This document shows positions 45,704-56,605 of a stretch of 64,000 bases of DNA, piece after piece. The notes below the pieces were generated by a model that searched no databases, was not told the origin of the DNA, and saw only the letters and a list, made by a program, of their open reading frames with translations. Where the stretch lies: sequence record NC_070998.1. The stretch is one strand, 5' to 3'. Positions within the stretch are counted from its first letter, which is position 1. Each line of letters starts with the position of its first letter. The translations under genes were made by a program, and so were the position numbers.

Positions 45704-47581
45704 ATGAGTAGACAACCTACTAACTTTACGCTGCTTGATCCTAAAACGTTTCCAATAGAACTCATGTCACCCGTGACAGTAGCAGATTCGTTTGAAGGTC
45801 AAACCACTAACTTACACGAAGACGGACTCTACTCGACCAGGATCTTTGGTCGAGTAGGTACTGATGAACGAGATAAAACCGAATCTTACATTAATTCCTT
45901 ATTGCCCATTTTCAATCCCACGTATTTTAAAGCATTAGTGCAGTTAAAATCACTTTACTTAGATATAGTAAAGGGTAAGGCATATGCTGTATGGGATGAG
46001 ACAGAACGTGATTTCATAAAATCTAACGTCCTGGAAGGCGATACAGGATTTGCGTTTTTTATGACTCATTTTGGTGAATTAGATCCAAAACCAAATCAGT
46101 CTTTTAAACGAACTCAGAAGATCACTTTGGTTAATAATTTCCGTGATCGAGCTTTGAATAAACACATTCCAGTTATTCCGGCGGGGATCCGAGACATTGA
46201 AATCGGACCTACTGGATTAGTTACTGAAAATGAGATTAACGATCTTTATCGTAAATTGATTTTCCGTACTAAGTCACTGACTACCAAGAACCCTGATCCA
46301 CTTGATCCAGTTTATGATAATATTCACTGGGGAATGCAGGAGTCTTTGAACAACATTGACCAACATCTCTTTGAGTTACAGGAGGGTAAACGAGGTTTCA
46401 TGCAGCGTCGAATGAGCCGACGTTCTATCCACTCTGCAACTCGTAACGTGATCGTCTCTCGTAAAGTCTCTGTAGAGAATATGGATGATAATGTCACTGG
46501 CGATCCTAACTCCACTTTTATTGGGATGTACCAAGCACTACTTGGCTATAACCTAGTTGCTACACACGAACTTCTTAACGGTTTCTTATCTGAAGTATTT
46601 ACTCCTGGTTTGGATAAAGCACGTCTAGTGGAACCTAAGAGTTTAGAGAGTGCTTATGTGGATGTAGATCCCTACACAGTAGATAAGTTTACTTCTGCCG
46701 ATGGAATTGGTAAACTCTTTAATGGGTTTAGTGACCCCAATGTTCGTAACCGTCCTATTAAGGTAGCTGGTCATTACTTAGGTTTACTTTATGACGATGG
46801 TAAAAACGTTTGCTTAGTTCATGATGTAAATGACCTAGGTGAAGGAATGGATAAGAAGTATCTCCATCCTGTTACCTATATGCAATTCTTTTATATCCAG
46901 ACCGTAAAAGCAATTGAAAAGAAGATGTTACAAATTACTCGTTACCCAATTACTGGGATAGGATCCATTGTACCTACACGAGTGTTTGTTCTTCCAACTA
47001 CAGCCACGTCAGAATCAAGAACATTGATTGACATCGATGGTAGTAAGTTGGATAGTTTTCACTTCTTTCCAGTGTGGACTAAAAATCCCAGTTACTTTGA
47101 TGGGATGAGTATTAGTAACGTACGCTTAGCAGCTGCTGGTGGTGACTTCGACGGTATTTCTGTTTGCCGCTTTTAGTAGTAATACTAATCGAATAAGTGC
47201 GGAATAAAGCAAGGAATCTCTCCATTTAGAGATAACTTGAACCGAAGGCTTACTGTAAATGGTAAGTCAGGGGCAGAGCGTAGATAGTGAACCTCTTTCA
47301 TTAAAGAGAATATAATCTATCCAAGAGGCCGCACCATCCTACTGGGATGAAAACGTACGCCGATACCCGGAGCGATCTGGGAGTGAAGATAAAAAACTTC
47401 ACATTAACATTTGGACCAACTATCAGCCAACAGCATTCAAGCTAAAGATTCAGTAGAAGAAATTGAGACTTTGTTTGGTAAACGTATATTCTATATTTCT
47501 GGAGCAGGTGACTTCCTATATGACCCTGTACAGGAACCACACGCGTTCCTTTTACGTTCATTGACCAATGGATTATCGTAA
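45704..47581 (+). CDS. rpoC: virion RNA polymerase beta-prime subunit, catalytic part (phiKZ gp180-like); spliced join 45704..47155, 47414..47581, 539 aa
   Basis: EGKRGF, RNVI, RYP, GGDFDG; splicing restores DFDG-D QLSANSIQ and a 55-aa exon 2 whose stop overlaps the next ATG. Confidence 0.9.
47156..47413 (+). mobile_element. group I intron (258 nt, no ORF) in RNAP DFDG/D motif
   Basis: 5-prime exon ends in U (GACGGT), intron ends in G; P1 CGGU/GCCG; P3 GTGCGG 47197-47202 with CCGCAC 47329-47334; Q-like GTCAGGGG; P8/P9-like hairpins. Confidence 0.85.
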
Positions 47582-50500
47582 TGCAAGAACATCCAGTAAA
47601 CTTTGACGAACTTAGCGGGCTAGAGGGTTTGTTATACTCTCAGTTCGTTAAACTACATGGTACACGAGAACGTGCTAATGATGTAGTGAATCCACGATAT
47701 CAAGTAGTCGGTGATATCATGTTACCTCGTAACAGTCTCATTCATTACCAGGGAAATATTCCTGGTGAATTGGGACCTAGTAACACCGCTGCTTTTATTA
47801 GTAACTATGACAAACGTATTAACATCTTTTTTAATGTTAAGTACGAAACACCTTTGGGAACAACTAAGATTGTTCCTATTCAGTTGACTAAGTTGATCAA
47901 GCAATATGAGGGTGGACATTACCTTTATACCCGTGCTCGTCAATACCAAACTGTAATTCACAAAGAAGGTGAATTACTGGTCAACAACTTAGCCATTGGT
48001 AAGATCCCTGTTCAGTATCGCAGACAAACTGTATTTACCCCATTCCAACGTTCCTATAATGAACTTTACACATTAATGGAGTCAGTGAATGAGTTTAGTC
48101 AATACGATATTCATCAGTTTGTAGAGTTTAAACTTCCACGTTCTTTCCCTTCTTATAAAACGTTAGAACTTAAATTTGAAAAGTATAAACGTTTCTTTAA
48201 TAGTGAAGGTGTTATTGAGAAATACGAGAAGGAAGCTCTAAAAGAATTCCAGGCCGAAGAGTCTTTCTGGCTATTAGATCTATTTGGTATTCTGATTGGT
48301 TTTGAGAATAAACAATACAGTTTGTTTAATCGATTGAATGACCGAGCTAGAAGTCAACTAGAATTGATCTTTAGTTATAACGGTGTGTGTTGGATTGCTA
48401 ATCTTCAAACACTGATCAATTTGATTGGGTACGATGATAAACCAGAAGACACTTCTCCCCGTCCTATTAAGTTTAACTACTTCAAGCGTTTCTACCTTGC
48501 TTTGATTTCTCTGGTGAGTCCGCTTTCTGAAGAAGTTGTGGAAGATAGCTATGACCAACCAGAAGAAACCGCCAAAGAAGAGGTGGTGGCAGATCGATCG
48601 GAAAAAGGAGAGAGAGGATCTGGACGAGAGTCTGAAAACAAGTCCCCTCTGGTACCTAGCACTACTCCTGGCGGCTTGGCTGATCTTTATGCCAGCAGTA
48701 AGGGAACTACTCCTGCGGTGTCTGATACCCCAGGAGCAAAAGGAGAGAAGACTACTGAAGGAACACTTCCTGGGGATTCCGAATCCGAGAATGACCCAGC
48801 ATCAGCTGAAAACTCTGGTAATTCCCCGGAAGAAGAATGGGGTGCGGACATAGACGATAGTGTCTTTGAACGCGCCAGCATCGAACAAGCCACCATAGTT
48901 AACTCTGAAGAAGCTTATTCGCCAGTTAGCACGATCAATCGCATTCTGGAACGTAAGGCAGCCAGGGGACAATTAACAACCAAAGAGAAAGAGTATTACA
49001 CTAACGCAAGTGTTTCTTATTTGGACATTGAGTTTGGTGGTAGACTTCTAGCTGAGATTGTTGATATCAAACCTGAAGACTTGGTGATGAAACCTAAAGC
49101 GTTTGCACCTAAGTCGGAAGCTGTTACAGATGAGTCTGTATTGCGTTCTAGAAGCATGGAACTCACTAATGGATATGTAGAACAATTCCTTGAACGAGAT
49201 ATCATGGGAGCGGTTCTTGCTGTTCAGAACGGCGGCACTGCTTTACTGGATCTAAACCGTGAAACTATTATCACTGCTGATTCCAAGTACGACGTTTACA
49301 AAATGAAACTTCAGCCTGTGGATAACGGCAATCAGTCTACTAGACAGTTCCGTTTACCTAAGGTAGCATCTGACGGTAGTTTTACTATCAACGGGGTTAA
49401 ATCTTACGCTCAGTTGGTCCGTATGGATCTTCCGGTTAGAAAGATCAATCCGGTTAAGGTAGCCATTAGTTCTTATTACGATAAGAAACTGATGATTGAA
49501 CGTTCTGCTTATAAAGTAGACGATTACAATCATTGGCTTAAGACTAATATCATCCAGAAGAGTTATGAAGATAAATCCATTACAGTTAAATTAGGTTCAT
49601 TCAAATCTGAGCTTAAAGAAGTGTGCTGGTATTACTCGGTATTAGCTTCTCGCTTTAAAGAGATTACTGTTGGTGGTTTGGAATTTAACTTTGATACTGA
49701 ATCTATTTTGGTGAAACACCCTAAATGGAAAAAGTATTGTAAAGGTGAAAGCTGGGTCATTGGTGATGAACACGGAGTTCCTGTACTAATCGATAACAGC
49801 GGTTTGGTAATGATCGATGGTGTAGAGAAAGGTTATATCGAAGAGATCCTTCGGTTACCTATGGCTAAAGCTCCAGTCCCTACTGCAACTGCGAACATTA
49901 ACGGATATAAATTCCCTGTAGTGGTGGTTCTTGCTTACTGGATCGGTTTTAGCGAACTAGTGAAACGCCTCAAACCCACTCATCGCGTTGTTGAACCAGG
50001 TACTCGCCCTATGCTTAATGCTAATGAGTATATTGTTCAGTTTGCTGATGAGCGTTTGATTCTTGACCGTCGAGATGGATTGAGTACTTTGATCTTCTCA
50101 GGACTGAGAAAGCTAGATGGTTTAGCAAACTTCTCCAAGGCTCAATTGGATGATCCTAACGTATGGTTCAGCTTGATTAATGATAGTCGTGTTAAACCAT
50201 CTCATTTTAAAGAGATGGATTTGATTTACGATATGTTTATTGATCCCATCACTGCTCGTGAATTGGAACGTCGTGGTTATCCTCTCATTATGGATAAACT
50301 AATCATCCGGGCCGTAGAAATGCTTCTTAACAACGAAGCAGAACACGAAGTAGAGATTGCTGAACAACGTTTGGTTGGTTTCGAGAGATTCCCTGGTCAC
50401 GTCTATCGTGAACTTGTTAAGTCTACCAGGCAGTTTAGGAACAAACCTAATACTGGTAAGAAGACCTTTGACTTAAACCCAGAAGCTATCATGATGAATA

Positions 50501-52339
50501 TCCTGACTGATAGCAGTATGCAACCAGTTGAAGAAGTCAATCCAGTCCATCAACTGAAACAGCAAGAAGAAGTTACGTTTGGCGGGACCTTTGGTCGAAG
50601 TGATCAAGCAATGGTACGTCGCACACGTGGTCAATTACCAAGTTACGCAGGGATCATCTCTGAAGCTGGTAAGGACTCAGGTAAAGTAGGATTTATCTCT
50701 TATCTAACTTCTGATGCCAAGATTGTTGACTATGCTGGTAACGTGGATGTGACCCAAGAAACCACCAATGCAGGTCGTGGTTCTGTAACGGCTAACTTAC
50801 TTTATGGTACAACACGCGATGACAGTAAAAGGTAAACACAGCGTCGACGACTTCGACGTTACTGCCCTTACACTTAGAAATGAGTGTTTGCATTAACCCT
50901 TAATTGCTGGGAAGTACTCAAAGATGCTCTTACCGAAACGGAAACCGAAAGGTTATATGGAAAGGTTTGAAAAGTAGAGCGGAGAGACAGTCAGCAGCGG
51001 AGCGTCTAAGTATATTCGTGATGAATAGATATGACGAGCGTTCAACGACTAGGGGTGAAACTCCCCGTAGCTGGAACAAGGAATGTTCCTACCAAACAGG
51101 GTTACCTTACTGTGTTGCTGAAGAAGCAACTAGACAGTTGGTTGAAATATAGTCTGCTCCTTATAGTGATATAGGGCGGGTGCTAGGTATCGCACCGGGT
51201 CTTAGGATAAGACTGGACATAAGGCGTTGTTCTCAGGTGTTCAGCTAAGTCAATGGATGGCTACTGATAGTTACGTTGCTAACCCTATTAGAACTCCTTC
51301 TGATAGCGTAGTAGCTTATCGTAACTCAGAACTCTATTGTTCTTATGCTAAAGAAGTGGGAACTATTACTGCTATCACTCCTGACGGGATGACTGTTAAG
51401 TATGATAATGGTAGTGAAGAGAAATTCCCACTTGGCTATGAAGTAGGTAAAGGTGCTGGTGAGTATCACAAACATCTTAAAATCACCGATATGAAAGTTG
51501 GTGACAAAGTTGAGAAAGGTGATGTACTTGCTTGGGATGATTGCTTCTACACTCGGGATTTAACCAATCCAAAACGGATTGTTATTAAGCTTGGGACAAT
51601 GGCTCGTATTGCATTGGTAGAAGATCAATTTACCTTTGAGGATTCCATTGGGATTACTCAGAAGTACGCAGATCTTAATACCACGCCATATCTCAAAAAC
51701 AATGAGTTTAGAATAGGTTATGAACAAGCCATTAAACTCTATGTCAAAGTTGGGGATAAGGTAGAATACGATCAAATATTAGCTGATGTGATGGATCCTT
51801 CTTCTGCCATGTTTGAAGAGGAAAGTGTTAATTCCATTGCTGGTTTGGATCGTCTTGGTATTAAACAGATCAAAGCTAAACAAGCTGGTATAATCACTAA
51901 GATCGATGTTATCTATAACGGTGACTTAGATACGGCAGAAGAGTCTTTGAAAACATTCATTCAGGAACAAGATAAGCTACGTGCTAAGAAAGCTAAGTTC
52001 AGAGAACTTGCTGCTACTAATGGGAACGTTGGTGGTAACACATCAGTAGGTAAGTCAAAGGTCTATCCCAATACAGCAGCAGTAACTATTACCATCGAGA
52101 GTAAACTCACCACCACAACTGCTGATAAGTTTGTAGCGGGTAACCAGATGAAAGGTACAGTAGGGTTTATTTACCCAGATCCTATTTATACTGTTGATGG
52201 TCGGGAAGTTGATGTTAAGTTCTCTTTGAAGTCTTTGCTTAACCGAATGGTATTAAGTCTTCGTGATAAACTGGTAGCTAATGAGTTGAACCATGTTTAC
52301 ACTAGTCGTATGATGAAAAAATATGGGAGATATGAATAA
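47581..52339 (+). CDS. rpoB: virion RNA polymerase beta subunit, N-terminal/middle part (phiKZ gp178-like); spliced join 47581..50833, 51225..52339, about 1455 aa
   Basis: NPVHQLKQ, GKDSGKVG, DDSKR/SLFSGVQ (cf. DDANRALMGANMQ), TFEDSI, DKF...NQMKG motifs. Confidence 0.9.
50834..51224 (+). mobile_element. group I intron (391 nt, no endonuclease ORF) in RNAP beta gene
   Basis: P AATTGCTGGGAA 50902, Q CAGTCAGCAG 50988, R GTTCAACGACTA 51040, S AAATATAGTC 51145; U at 5-prime and G at 3-prime splice sites; ACAGCG can pair with exon 2 CGTTGT. Confidence 0.92.
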
Positions 52340-53209
52340 ATGACTAACACTAACAAAGAGGTGTTTGGGTTAAAAACCATCCAATCACTTTTTCGGGAAG
52401 TTGGCCTCTATGGAGGGCGCATCGACGCCCTCTTTGGGACTGGTTGTGTAAACGCTATGCATAGTCTCGTTAAACACGCTAATCCGAACTACAACCCGAT
52501 TGTAGCTGTTCCTACTTACTTGGCTAGTGATGTATTTAAGTGGGTTCAAGAATACCTTGTACGAGCTGGTAAGGTGCCTGCTGAGTTTAAGGTAGATGGA
52601 AAGTGGGGACCTGCTAGTAAAGGTGAATTAGAGAAGCTTTGTAACATCTACGCTCAGGATAATAACCTACCCCAATACAGCTATGCGTGGACAGCTCACA
52701 AGAATCTAACTCCTGAAGTAATTAAGAAAGTTGAAGACTGGATGGTTAAATGGGGTAAACCTCTTGATCATGTAAGTTACTTGTTTAGTTGTTTTGCTTT
52801 GGAGACAGGAAGGACTTTTGATCCAGCGGCTTTGAACAAACATAGTAAAGCTCGGGGTCTCATTCAGTTTATGCCAAATGGTTCCATGAAGGATTTAGGT
52901 GTAACTGATAGTCAACTTAAAGTGATGACTGTATTTGAACAACTTGACTGGGTTTTCAAATACTTTGAAAAGTACAGCTATATCAAGAAGTGTAACTATC
53001 TTGAAGATTATTACCTCTCTATTTTCTACCCAGCTCATGTCGGTAAAGATCCCAACTTGGTAGTTGGGACCAAGGGAACTAAACTCTACGAGCAAAACTC
53101 TGGGTTTGATGCTGAGAAGAAAGGTTTCTACACCGTTGGTGATATTGCTTCAGCGATTACTACTTTCTATTGGGAAGGTATGGATCCAAAACTTCGTCTT
53201 GCTAAATAA
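52340..53209 (+). CDS. modular endolysin: N-terminal peptidoglycan-binding repeats + lytic transglycosylase (EL188-like)
   Basis: IDALFG and VDGKWG PG-binding motifs; ETG..FDP, GLIQF, EQL.WV..YF catalytic domain. Confidence 0.85.
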   Translation: MTNTNKEVFGLKTIQSLFREVGLYGGRIDALFGTGCVNAMHSLVKHANPNYNPIVAVPTYLASDVFKWVQEYLVRAGKVPAEFKVDGKWGPASKGELEKLCNIYAQDNNLPQYSYAWTAHKNLTPEVIKKVEDWMVKWGKPLDHVSYLFSCFALETGRTFDPAALNKHSKARGLIQFMPNGSMKDLGVTDSQLKVMTVFEQLDWVFKYFEKYSYIKKCNYLEDYYLSIFYPAHVGKDPNLVVGTKGTKLYEQNSGFDAEKKGFYTVGDIASAITTFYWEGMDPKLRLAK

Positions 53210-53218
53210 GGTATTCTC

Positions 53219-53383
53219 ATGGAAAACACTGTCGACAACATCATTACGTTGTCTAATATGTACGAGGTCGTTTCACAGACCTTGAAGAAAGTAGGTTACG
53301 AGTTCCAAGCTCCCTTGAGCGAAGTTGAGGAACAAGAAGTAATCTCCCGTCAAATTAAATCTGCTGTAGTGGGAGAAGAATAA
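53219..53383 (+). CDS. small hypothetical protein (54 aa)
   Basis: MENTVDNIITLSNMYEVV...; AAGG RBS; TAATG coupling to next gene; not in ORF track. Confidence 0.6.
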   Translation: MENTVDNIITLSNMYEVVSQTLKKVGYEFQAPLSEVEEQEVISRQIKSAVVGEE

Positions 53384-54903
53384 TGATTCCTCAAAGCACT
53401 ATTCTAGTTGTTACTCCTATTGCAATGGAAGTGGACCAGAAAGGCACTGTATTGTCAGAAGGTAGTTCTGATATCATCAAAGGTCTGAATGACACTACTG
53501 CTTCTTTGGGCGGGTTCACTCCTGACAACATCGCAACTGAACTTCCTGATTATACCAAGCTGGTTCCTGAACATACCGAAGTAATGGATATGGTTTCTAC
53601 TAAACTGGCAGAAATCATTCGTAGTTCTCTGTACGTAATCAGTAAATATGTTAAACCTATTTTGAAGGAAGCGGATCACGAAATTGCTCGCAATCTGAAT
53701 GTTCAGAATGTAGTCGATCTCTCCTTTGACTATCTGAATGTCAAAATGGTTAACATGGAACCGGATTTCCTTAACTCCCCGTTCTGCCCAACTGAACTTC
53801 CTAATACCTTGAAGGAAACTTCTAAAGTAGCACTTAATGAACTACTTAAAGGTAATTGGGCGGATGACAAAACTGGTGAAGAACTGATCGAACTGATCCG
53901 TGTTGATTCTGCCGTTCTTTATACTTTCTTTGAAAGTCCTGATGAAGTACTAGAAGTATATCGCCGGATCTTTGTTAACAAAGCCTGGCACGATTTCTTT
54001 AGTAGTGTCAGTATTCAGAATGGTGTTGTAGATGTCATGCACCAGGATAGTTACCATATTGGTAAATTCCGCGCTATTGTTATCGCCAACCTGTTGGTAA
54101 ATAAACTGTGCGCTATGGAAGACCCGATGGAAGGCGTAACTGGCGTTAGTCTGGTTGACTATCGCGGTTCCCTTGCAATGACTCGTGACATCCTGTCTGG
54201 TTCACTGGTACGTTTCCGTAACATCTGGTTGGGTCAAGCTGCTAGCGGCATTGTTATCGTTGATGGTGACGTTAAGTATACAGAAGCTAACTGGGGGTTG
54301 CTCAACGGCACCAAGCTTCTGACTGGTAGTGTAACTGTAGGGTACAATAACAAAGTTCTGAACTTGTTCAGCGAAGCTTCCAGCTACAGTCTCTCTGAAT
54401 ATGTACTGGGTTATCTGTACGCAAAAGAGCGTGGTTATCGTATTAAAGATATCATGACTGATGCAAATGTAATTGAAGATGCATTGCGCGAATATCAGCA
54501 AGATCTCACTACTCGTCTTTATGACAACCTTCAGAAAGTATCTAAGGAATCTTTCATTACTGCTATTAAGCGGATGGAAATGCACGAGAACTTTGAAGGT
54601 ATTGTTAACACCATGGACGAAAGCGTTCCTAAAGGTGTTCGGATTATTAGCAAACTTCAAGAAGCGATGAACCTTAACGATTTCTTCGGTAATCCGATGA
54701 TGATTAAAGATATCTGTAAGGGTAAAAGTTCTCTGCTCCAAACTGGTATCGCTAAAGAACTCTGTCTGGTATTTGGTTCAGAGATCGCAGCTGAAATCCT
54801 GTTGGAGAATGCTAAAGGTGAACCAGGTCCAGTAGAACATCAGCGTAAGGTTCTTACTGGTGCAATTATCAAAGCGATTATCAAACGGATCTATACCAAG
54901 TGA
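53383..54903 (+). CDS. conserved head-region protein
   Basis: 506 aa between endolysin and prohead protease as in EL/phiKZ synteny. Confidence 0.6.
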   Translation: MIPQSTILVVTPIAMEVDQKGTVLSEGSSDIIKGLNDTTASLGGFTPDNIATELPDYTKLVPEHTEVMDMVSTKLAEIIRSSLYVISKYVKPILKEADHEIARNLNVQNVVDLSFDYLNVKMVNMEPDFLNSPFCPTELPNTLKETSKVALNELLKGNWADDKTGEELIELIRVDSAVLYTFFESPDEVLEVYRRIFVNKAWHDFFSSVSIQNGVVDVMHQDSYHIGKFRAIVIANLLVNKLCAMEDPMEGVTGVSLVDYRGSLAMTRDILSGSLVRFRNIWLGQAASGIVIVDGDVKYTEANWGLLNGTKLLTGSVTVGYNNKVLNLFSEASSYSLSEYVLGYLYAKERGYRIKDIMTDANVIEDALREYQQDLTTRLYDNLQKVSKESFITAIKRMEMHENFEGIVNTMDESVPKGVRIISKLQEAMNLNDFFGNPMMIKDICKGKSSLLQTGIAKELCLVFGSEIAAEILLENAKGEPGPVEHQRKVLTGAIIKAIIKRIYTK

Positions 54904-55646
54904 TCGATTTCGATAAGCTGAAGAAAGATACAGGGCGGATTAATTCCGCCCTTAAAGTCATGCCTGATAACACTGTCGTTGCTCTTAAGAAGATGACTTG
55001 TTACATTCCTAAGCGTTTCGAACAATCTGGTTTGGCAGAAATTGGTGATTCGGTAAATACAATTATGGCAGTTGGGGTAGTGGTTGATGACTACTACTCT
55101 TGCTTTGGTTCTCTGACACGGTTTAGTATGAAACCTGGCGATACTTCTGAGGAAGTTATTAAGGGTGATCGTTACTATGTCATGCATTTTGAACCAGGTG
55201 ATATTGTTATTGAAAACATCTTTGTTCCGCAGGATGCTAACCTGATCTATTATTTCTATTTGGAATTCATCAAGTATGCTCGTTATCCATGGTATATGGA
55301 TGAAAACGTACTATTGAATATCTTTGATGAAAGTTCTTATTTTGCAGGTAAGAAAGTAGGTAGTTCTGCTCAGGTACTAAGAGTGTTGTTTTCTTTAACA
55401 ATGCGCGATCCTGTCAACTTGGATATACCGTTTCGTTATTCCCCGCAGTTTAAAGATCTCTCCGTGAAACCTCGCATCATCGGCATTAACAACCCAGGTC
55501 AACTACTTAATAGCACATTTAGTAGATTGTCTTCAGGTTATATGTCGGATAACATTGTCAGTGGTATTCTTAACCCAGATACTCAGATGACAACGTTGGA
55601 AGAGGTGATCCGTGGTCTTCCTGAAGAGTATGGAGAGTTACAATGA
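54900..55646 (+). CDS. conserved head-region protein
   Basis: 248 aa immediately upstream of prohead protease. Confidence 0.6.
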   Translation: MIDFDKLKKDTGRINSALKVMPDNTVVALKKMTCYIPKRFEQSGLAEIGDSVNTIMAVGVVVDDYYSCFGSLTRFSMKPGDTSEEVIKGDRYYVMHFEPGDIVIENIFVPQDANLIYYFYLEFIKYARYPWYMDENVLLNIFDESSYFAGKKVGSSAQVLRVLFSLTMRDPVNLDIPFRYSPQFKDLSVKPRIIGINNPGQLLNSTFSRLSSGYMSDNIVSGILNPDTQMTTLEEVIRGLPEEYGELQ

Positions 55647-56497
55647 GTGAAATTAGTTTTGGGAATATCGTTCTGGCTAATAGTGGTAAGAAAGGTGTTC
55701 TCAAACCAAACTCAGATGGTATTTACCGTTTGAATGCTGGTGGGTTCAACATCCCCAACCATGCCGGTATTGTTTATCCTGCTAACAAATACATTCGCGA
55801 ACAGATGGAAGCTAATAGCGACCTTAACCGTCGTGTTAGTATGGGTTATTGCTTGATGGAACAAGAACATCCACAACCTTTCTTTTATGTAGAAGAGAAT
55901 GGGGTTCGATATCGTAAAGCAATGACTTCTGTACTTGAATGGATTAATCGTCTTCGTAGTTACGATCACGATAATGTCTGTGGACTTATCAGTAAGATCA
56001 TCTTCCGTCCTGAGAATCCTAACAATCTTTCTGCCCCTATTTGGAATGAGATCGATTGTAAGCCATTTGGTGCTAAAGGCGAATGGTTCCGTGAATCTCT
56101 GGAAACTCCGGAACATAACACTGCTGTAAGTATCCGTACACAGATTGATCCGTTTAAACCTGGTGAAACACGCAAGGAAGTCGTTTACTGGTCGGGTTAT
56201 GATGTAGTTTCAGAACCTGGGATGTTACACGCCAATAAACATCTCTCAGCTGGCTGTGAATCTATGTTATCTGATTTTAATCTGGGTATGGATAACGTCA
56301 TTAAGTTTAAAGCTTCTGATGTTATTGAACAGATTGACAACCAACTTGCTCTTGCTGCTAATAGTGACTTTGAACTTCAACGTGTTGGCGGGATGGAATC
56401 ACTTAACATGATGAAGGACATGGTAGAAGCTGTTAAGCGCAGTTACAAGCCTGGTGACACAACTCGTGTTGGTGTTTCCTTTGTAGACGTATTCTAA
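55643..56497 (+). CDS. prohead maturation protease (phiKZ gp175 / T4 gp21 type)
   Basis: EQEHP (His), PFG.KG, VSIRT (Ser), YDVVSEPG (Asp); C-terminal AGCES and GGMES candidate autocleavage sites. Confidence 0.85.
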   Translation: MSEISFGNIVLANSGKKGVLKPNSDGIYRLNAGGFNIPNHAGIVYPANKYIREQMEANSDLNRRVSMGYCLMEQEHPQPFFYVEENGVRYRKAMTSVLEWINRLRSYDHDNVCGLISKIIFRPENPNNLSAPIWNEIDCKPFGAKGEWFRESLETPEHNTAVSIRTQIDPFKPGETRKEVVYWSGYDVVSEPGMLHANKHLSAGCESMLSDFNLGMDNVIKFKASDVIEQIDNQLALAANSDFELQRVGGMESLNMMKDMVEAVKRSYKPGDTTRVGVSFVDVF

Positions 56498-56501
56498 TAT
56501 G

Positions 56502-56531
56502 ACCTACTTCTCCTTAATTGGAGAAGTAGGT
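56502..56531 (+). terminator. intrinsic terminator
   Basis: ACCTACTTCTCC-TTAATT-GGAGAAGTAGGT then TTATTT. Confidence 0.75.
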
Positions 56532-56605
56532 TTATTTATGTTTTTACTCTGTTTGACATTTATCGTAGAGCTATTTCGTTTAATTTATTCATCAGGAGTT
56601 TTCTA

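Noticed and set aside
47156-47580. Truncated or pseudogenised RNAP beta-prime, or a sequencing error
   Set aside because: A precise 258-nt excision with U/G splice sites and pairing P1/P3 restores DFDGD and an in-frame exon ending at the next ATG
50904-51152. 82-aa ORF inside the beta intron as a homing endonuclease
   Set aside because: It overlaps the P/Q/R/S ribozyme core, has a TTG start and shows no HNH, GIY-YIG or LAGLIDADG motif
50833-51223. Alternative junction AGG/GCG giving DDSKR-A-LF, closer to bacterial RAL
   Set aside because: It would put G rather than U at the 5-prime splice site; the junction shifted by one base keeps the frame, obeys group I rules and fits P1/P10. RT-PCR is needed to be certain
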